Origin: Paraphysomonas bandaiensis
Taxonomy: Eukaryota > Protista > Chrysophyceae
Length of the DNA: 27,603 bases
NCBI GenBank assembly: GCA_965644295.1
Contig: CBFFRP010000573.1
Span: 1-27,603 of the forward strand
Reading direction: 5' to 3'
Position numbers and translations under genes: made by a program. Each line of letters opens with the position of its first letter. The first letter of the stretch is position 1. The notes under the pieces are model-generated. The model saw nothing but the letters and a program-made list of their open reading frames with translations, had not been told where the DNA came from and made no database searches. Shown here one piece after another: positions 22,881 to 27,603 of this stretch.

Positions 22881-23186
22881 ATTAATTTACGCTTTTAGTT
22901 AGTGCAATATTGACTGATTGATATTATAGGAGATATAGTAAGTTTATGATGTTGTAGCCCTATGAGTTAGGAACCACGTCATTCACCAACATCAACATTC
23001 TGTTCTACAAATCATATCTTTAACAGCTACTATATTTTCAGTTTCTTTGTATACTTGTAATAGCTACTCCTATACTGTAGTCATGTATATTCTGTATTTC
23101 ATTGCTACATAGAATACAGGATAACTACTAGCGATTGGCTTTACCAAACTTCAAGTACGCACGTAGGAGTTGGTTGTAGTTCAATA
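22880..23186 (-). repeat. 5' LTR (307 bp)
   Basis: Identical by eye to 18027..18333; followed on the minus strand by TGGCAGCGG. Confidence 0.95.
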
Positions 23187-24328
23187 GCCCACTTCAAACT
23201 GACTTTCAAGCACTTCACAATCAACGAACACTTGAGATCTACACTGCGCATCGAGATCAATGCTATGGACACAATCCCGACCGAGCGACAGTGGGGCACT
23301 TCTCCCGCGCAAACTAGCTCAAGCGGATGGAGGTCCATTCAAATATAAAGATAGCTCCCACATACGCCAGATAGTACTCAATGCAGCACTGACATGGGAC
23401 AAATCTTTTTGTATAGGACGAAACCGGGCTAAAGTCAAACAAGGTCTTGACCTGACCATATTGAATGTCTTATTATTTAGCAATAGGCGTTGTTGAAAAC
23501 CTGTACCAAGTAGTGGCTAGAGGAATGCTAGACATACTATTTAGACCTCTATCCGTAACTAATCAATACAAACTCTTTTATCCTACTATTTAACGCTACA
23601 GAAGATGCTTGTGCGTCGCCGCAAGCACCAAGGTGCAACCACTTCCGTTCTTTGTGAGTGTTATGAGGTTCGCCATTATCGTGTGCCCTGGGACTCACCG
23701 GCGCTTGTGATCTGCAGGTCTTCCCTTGGGACGAGACTCCACTGTGTTGGGGGTGGGCTCCGGGTTTTGTATTAAAGCCATATATAACTGTTCCGAGTTC
23801 GAGGTGAGTGGACTGAGTGTTGAATGGGGTGGTGGAATGAATTAAGAATATCTGATTACTACATGAGAACGGTTGTGTTCAGAGACTAGTTTTACATCTA
23901 TAGACTAACTAATAACTGGGCTTGCTATATACGACTCTAGTGGTGGGCAACCGTCTCGGGACTGCTTGTGCATCGCTGCGAGCACCATGATGGTGCAACC
24001 GATGGTGGAATGAATCATTAATTGTGTGGACACTGATGCTGTACTCTCTTTGGGCTTCTGGAGTAGATAGAGTTGTCGGAGTCGGCGTCTTTGTTGATTC
24101 TTTTGGGTTAGGTCGGTGAGTTAGGGGTGTGAGGCGGGGAGCGGTGCACAGGTGTGGGTCTTCGTTGGACCCCTAATAATCGTAGTACTCTTGTGGACGC
24201 TTCCATGGCTAAATGCGCTGCTGTCGCGTTCGCGGGGTAGCCGAGGCAGTCCTTTATTGTGCAGATAGAAATTATCGAAGCTAACCAGAATGCGTCACCA
24301 TCTGCGCGTTGTATGAAAGTGATATATT

Positions 24329-24571
24329 GTGCGCGAGTATGAATTGTATCGCGAAGTAAAGACTTTCCTGGAACAACAAGAAGTCCCGTTTATAAGAAAA
24401 CTTGTGGAAATGGAAGACATTCTTAACTCGGATAGTTGTGTGATCACGGAATCCCAATATGGTTATTATGGTTATTATGCAGAATTGATTTCGAAAGTGA
24501 AGGCCATGGATGCGGAGGTGAAACGGGTGTTTGCTGCAGCGAATGATCGTTTGATGGCTAATATAAGTTAA
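24329..24571 (+). CDS. Short intronless hypothetical ORF or gene fragment
   Basis: 80 codons with a helical, charged composition; no recognised family. Confidence 0.25.
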   Translation: MREYELYREVKTFLEQQEVPFIRKLVEMEDILNSDSCVITESQYGYYGYYAELISKVKAMDAEVKRVFAAANDRLMANIS

Positions 24572-27500
24572 GTATAAAGATTTGTTACGTTTAAGAAAGA
24601 AGAGGTCCCGATGCAATGTTTTTTTCACAAGGAGGTCATGTTTGTTGATTCCCAAAATTGTCTTGAATATGCTAGAAGTTTATAACATAAAACTTAATAA
24701 ATCCATTTGTGAAGTTTAACGTACGATAGCTGTGCGAGAAGAGGTATTATATCTATATTTCGTCTACAATATCTATCTTAGGTAACAAGGTACAATAGCT
24801 TTTAGTTGACGTATTATTATTATTATTATACTACGCGGGTATAGGTATAGTAGGCAGTTTGTAGACTACTTATTTTTTATACTTTACACAATGAACTGTT
24901 TCCTCGGACTTATTTTACAGCCAAAAAAGCATTCACGTTTTAATTCTTCCCCGTGGATATCATGGAACATCACAAGTCGTGTAAAAAATCCGCGACGTGC
25001 ACCATTTTTCCTCTAGAGCGTATATAGTAGGTTCTTGTGCGCAGCATCATGTCTTGGCCCCTCATTAACTTATCGACGACGTCTTGGTAGTAGTCTTGTA
25101 TATGATGTCATAAAACAAAGAAGCCGTTGGGACCTGAGACAACGTATTTACGAGAGAATCCCAGTGAGGGTCGTACTTGGCACATTCGCACACACGGTAG
25201 TAGACATAGTGTAAGTTATTCTTGTTTTCCGTGCTGTGGTCTTTGTAGCTTTAAAAATAATGAGGAGTGGGTGTGATAGAAAACAAGAGGGGAGTGGTGG
25301 AAATCGTTACCACCTGTTTAATGTGATGGAAATCGTTACCACCTTCTTATTAATTTGGAAGTGGGGTTAACGGATTACTTTTACTACATTACTGGAGGTA
25401 AATGCAACCAATAGGTGGAGGTAGATACCACCATTGGATTTGAAATCACGTGGGTGATTCTATCATTATTTTTTCATTTATTCAACGCAATACATTATAT
25501 TATGTACGTGTCAGAGCAAAAAAAGAGACCACCATAAAATGATGAAAACATAAGTTATAGATGGATTGGGCGACATATGTGTAAAAAGATGTATATAGGG
25601 GGGGAGTTGCAAATAGAATGTAAGCAGTGGAGGTAAAAGACCTTACACGTATGTATACCTTTATTGCATTAATAAGTCTACTTTATATCCACCCTTCTGA
25701 AAGATATTGTTTTGCTTTCAGAAACTGAAAAGGAGAGTCTTGATGTGGTGTGTAATATGCTAGTAGTCAATAATGTGTATTGGGGAATAATCCTATTCTA
25801 TGTATTAGGAAATTCGAAGTACGGGTGTATCTGACTATGGGTATATGTTCGCGCAAACCTGTTCATTGAATATTCTTCCGAGAAGAATAAATCCTTGGTT
25901 GGACAAGTATTTCGTATCCATGTGCCCCCAGTTTTGAGTTTGTTAGTCAAACGTGTTTTCGTCTGGAAAAAGTGGAGTTTCAAATGGATAATTATGAAGA
26001 AACAAAGTCAACCGTATAATATCTCAAATCAACTGCCCTCAACAAAGTCGGACTCGCACCTTTTCGTGGTGTTCTGGGGGATAAGTACCGGAGATATTTC
26101 TCCGGGAAACTAACGTGAGCCGCATATTATATAGTCAGCAGATATATTGTTCTGCCCACTCATAGCCAAATGCTTGTGTGGTACAAGGGACACTAATAAG
26201 TGTCACTTGTGTAGACGTCTTTGGGCCCTGACGAATAAACAGGCATCCGGGACAGGGCCCACCAGAAGGGTAACCGGGGTATTGGGCTGCCTGCTGAAGT
26301 TAAGCATCCGGGATGTTCACCTTAAGAACTCAAAACACCTGAAGTCAGCAGATGTCAGGTATATCAACATTCTGCTTGCTCCCTGCGTTTGCTTTGAGTG
26401 ATTGATGCTGAGTATGAGTTCACATTATTCGGTATCTGTGTGGCCGGCCAATGACCGAGGTAATGCGTCAAACTTTCCTCATGGATGCATGGCAATGGCA
26501 ATGATGTGATTAGACCTGTCATGTCTTCTCACACGTCTACTGCCTAGTCTTGGTTTCTCCTGACCCAGGTCATTGAGATTATATCAAGGCTCTGGCACTG
26601 TTCTCCAAGCAGTGTCAGGTACATTTGTGGTGCTTTTATGTTATTCTTGCTTAGTAGGTTTTCATCCGAGCGGGGAAGGTGCACGGTTTCCTACTAGTGT
26701 AAGTCACTCGGGAGAAGAGTGCAAGGTGGATGCATGTGCTGGACGAGTGCACACAATGGAGGGAAGACATTGGAGTCAGCTTGAATTTGTAACAGATTTT
26801 GGTAGATGTCTGTTTCATGCGTCAGTGTGCAAAATTGCACCAGTGAGACCGCTTCGTGACCGTGGGAGGACCCGGCGCTATAGCTACTTTATTCTCCCTT
26901 CCAGACTACCTGCTGCTGTGAACACCACCTTGAAGAGGGCCCTAAAGATCTGCCGCATATACAGGAGACATATGCCGAAGACACCGACCGCAAGTTGTTT
27001 GTGTTAGGACAAGTAGATTGGGCAGGAGCGTATGATCCGGCTTAAACACGCAACTCGTCGTATGCCCATGTAGCTAACTAAATCGTGTTGTATAGTTGAG
27101 CACTTGTCGGTGCATGCAATAGTAACTAGATGAGAGTCATGTTATGCATAGTGTCGCGCGAGTTGTTAGGTTGGTCGCGGCAACGCACAAGCTTGCGCTT
27201 CTTAATAATCAGATTTTCAATATCAAATCAACTGATATGAAATTAAATATAAACGGTTTACATTTTTAGTGTAAGAGTTGAACTACAAAGTATTGACTTA
27301 CATGGTGAATCGTAAATAATGATTAGAGATTACAGATGTAACATGTCGATACATTGTACTAAGTGTGTGAATATGCATGCATGTGATGTGATATCCATTC
27401 ATTCAAGATACGTCGTGCGTATGCAGTAAGGAAACTACGGAAGCGAAGTTTACACTTCAACTCCCCCCCTTAAACTAAGCGTACGTTTGAATGAAATGAA

Positions 27501-27603
27501 ATGCGTATCTATACTTTTAATACACAATAATATCACAACACAAAAGCATTTATTTAATGAAAGCAACCAAAAAGATTTGACCTGAAATGTTTAAATTCTG
27601 GCT

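Larger units (their letters stand above)
18027..23186 (-). mobile_element. Full-length Ty1/copia LTR retrotransposon (5,160 bp) with 5-bp TSD GCCCA
   Basis: Two 307-bp LTRs. GCCCA at 18022..18026 and 23187..23191. Domain order gag-PR-IN-RT-RNase H, with a PPT and a TGG-starting PBS. Confidence 0.97.

Noticed and set aside
25298-25343. TGGAAATCGTTACCACC x2 (also an 18-bp tandem duplication at about 2783-2818)
   Set aside because: These are simple local duplications with no further structure.
26478-26520. WMHGNGNDVIR as a Fic motif
   Set aside because: It lacks HPF and the conserved Arg, and the frame is short.

Overview
Eukaryotic subtelomeric window, probably from a stramenopile-like protist (TTAGGG telomeres, introns of about 50 nt). 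From left to right: (1) a frameshifted Ty1/copia integrase fragment abutting the distal end of a 1,289-bp (CCCTAA)n array; (2) a Ty3/gypsy chromovirus 3' end, cut inside its chromodomain and capped by that array; (3) a Crypton-type tyrosine-recombinase element with its catalytic core deleted; (4) two short internal telomeric tracts, each preceded by the same 10-mer GGACAGCGTA; (5) an intact 11-exon 7TM receptor-TKL kinase fusion gene; (6) a decayed hAT transposase; (7) a 3.9-kb foldback with 1,905-bp inverted arms, a 110-bp spacer and nested palindromes; (8) RPL15; (9) a frameshifted Crinkler-type NTPase+REase gene; (10) a full-length young copia element with TA...TA LTR termini, a GCCCA target duplication and a gag start codon overlapping the LTR/PBS junction; (11) a poorly resolved degenerate tail. 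The best candidate for an undescribed system is the layered chromosome end, where DNA modules ending in GGACAGCGTA are joined to the distal side of former telomere tracts. All calls come from manual reading and recalled motifs; no searches were run.
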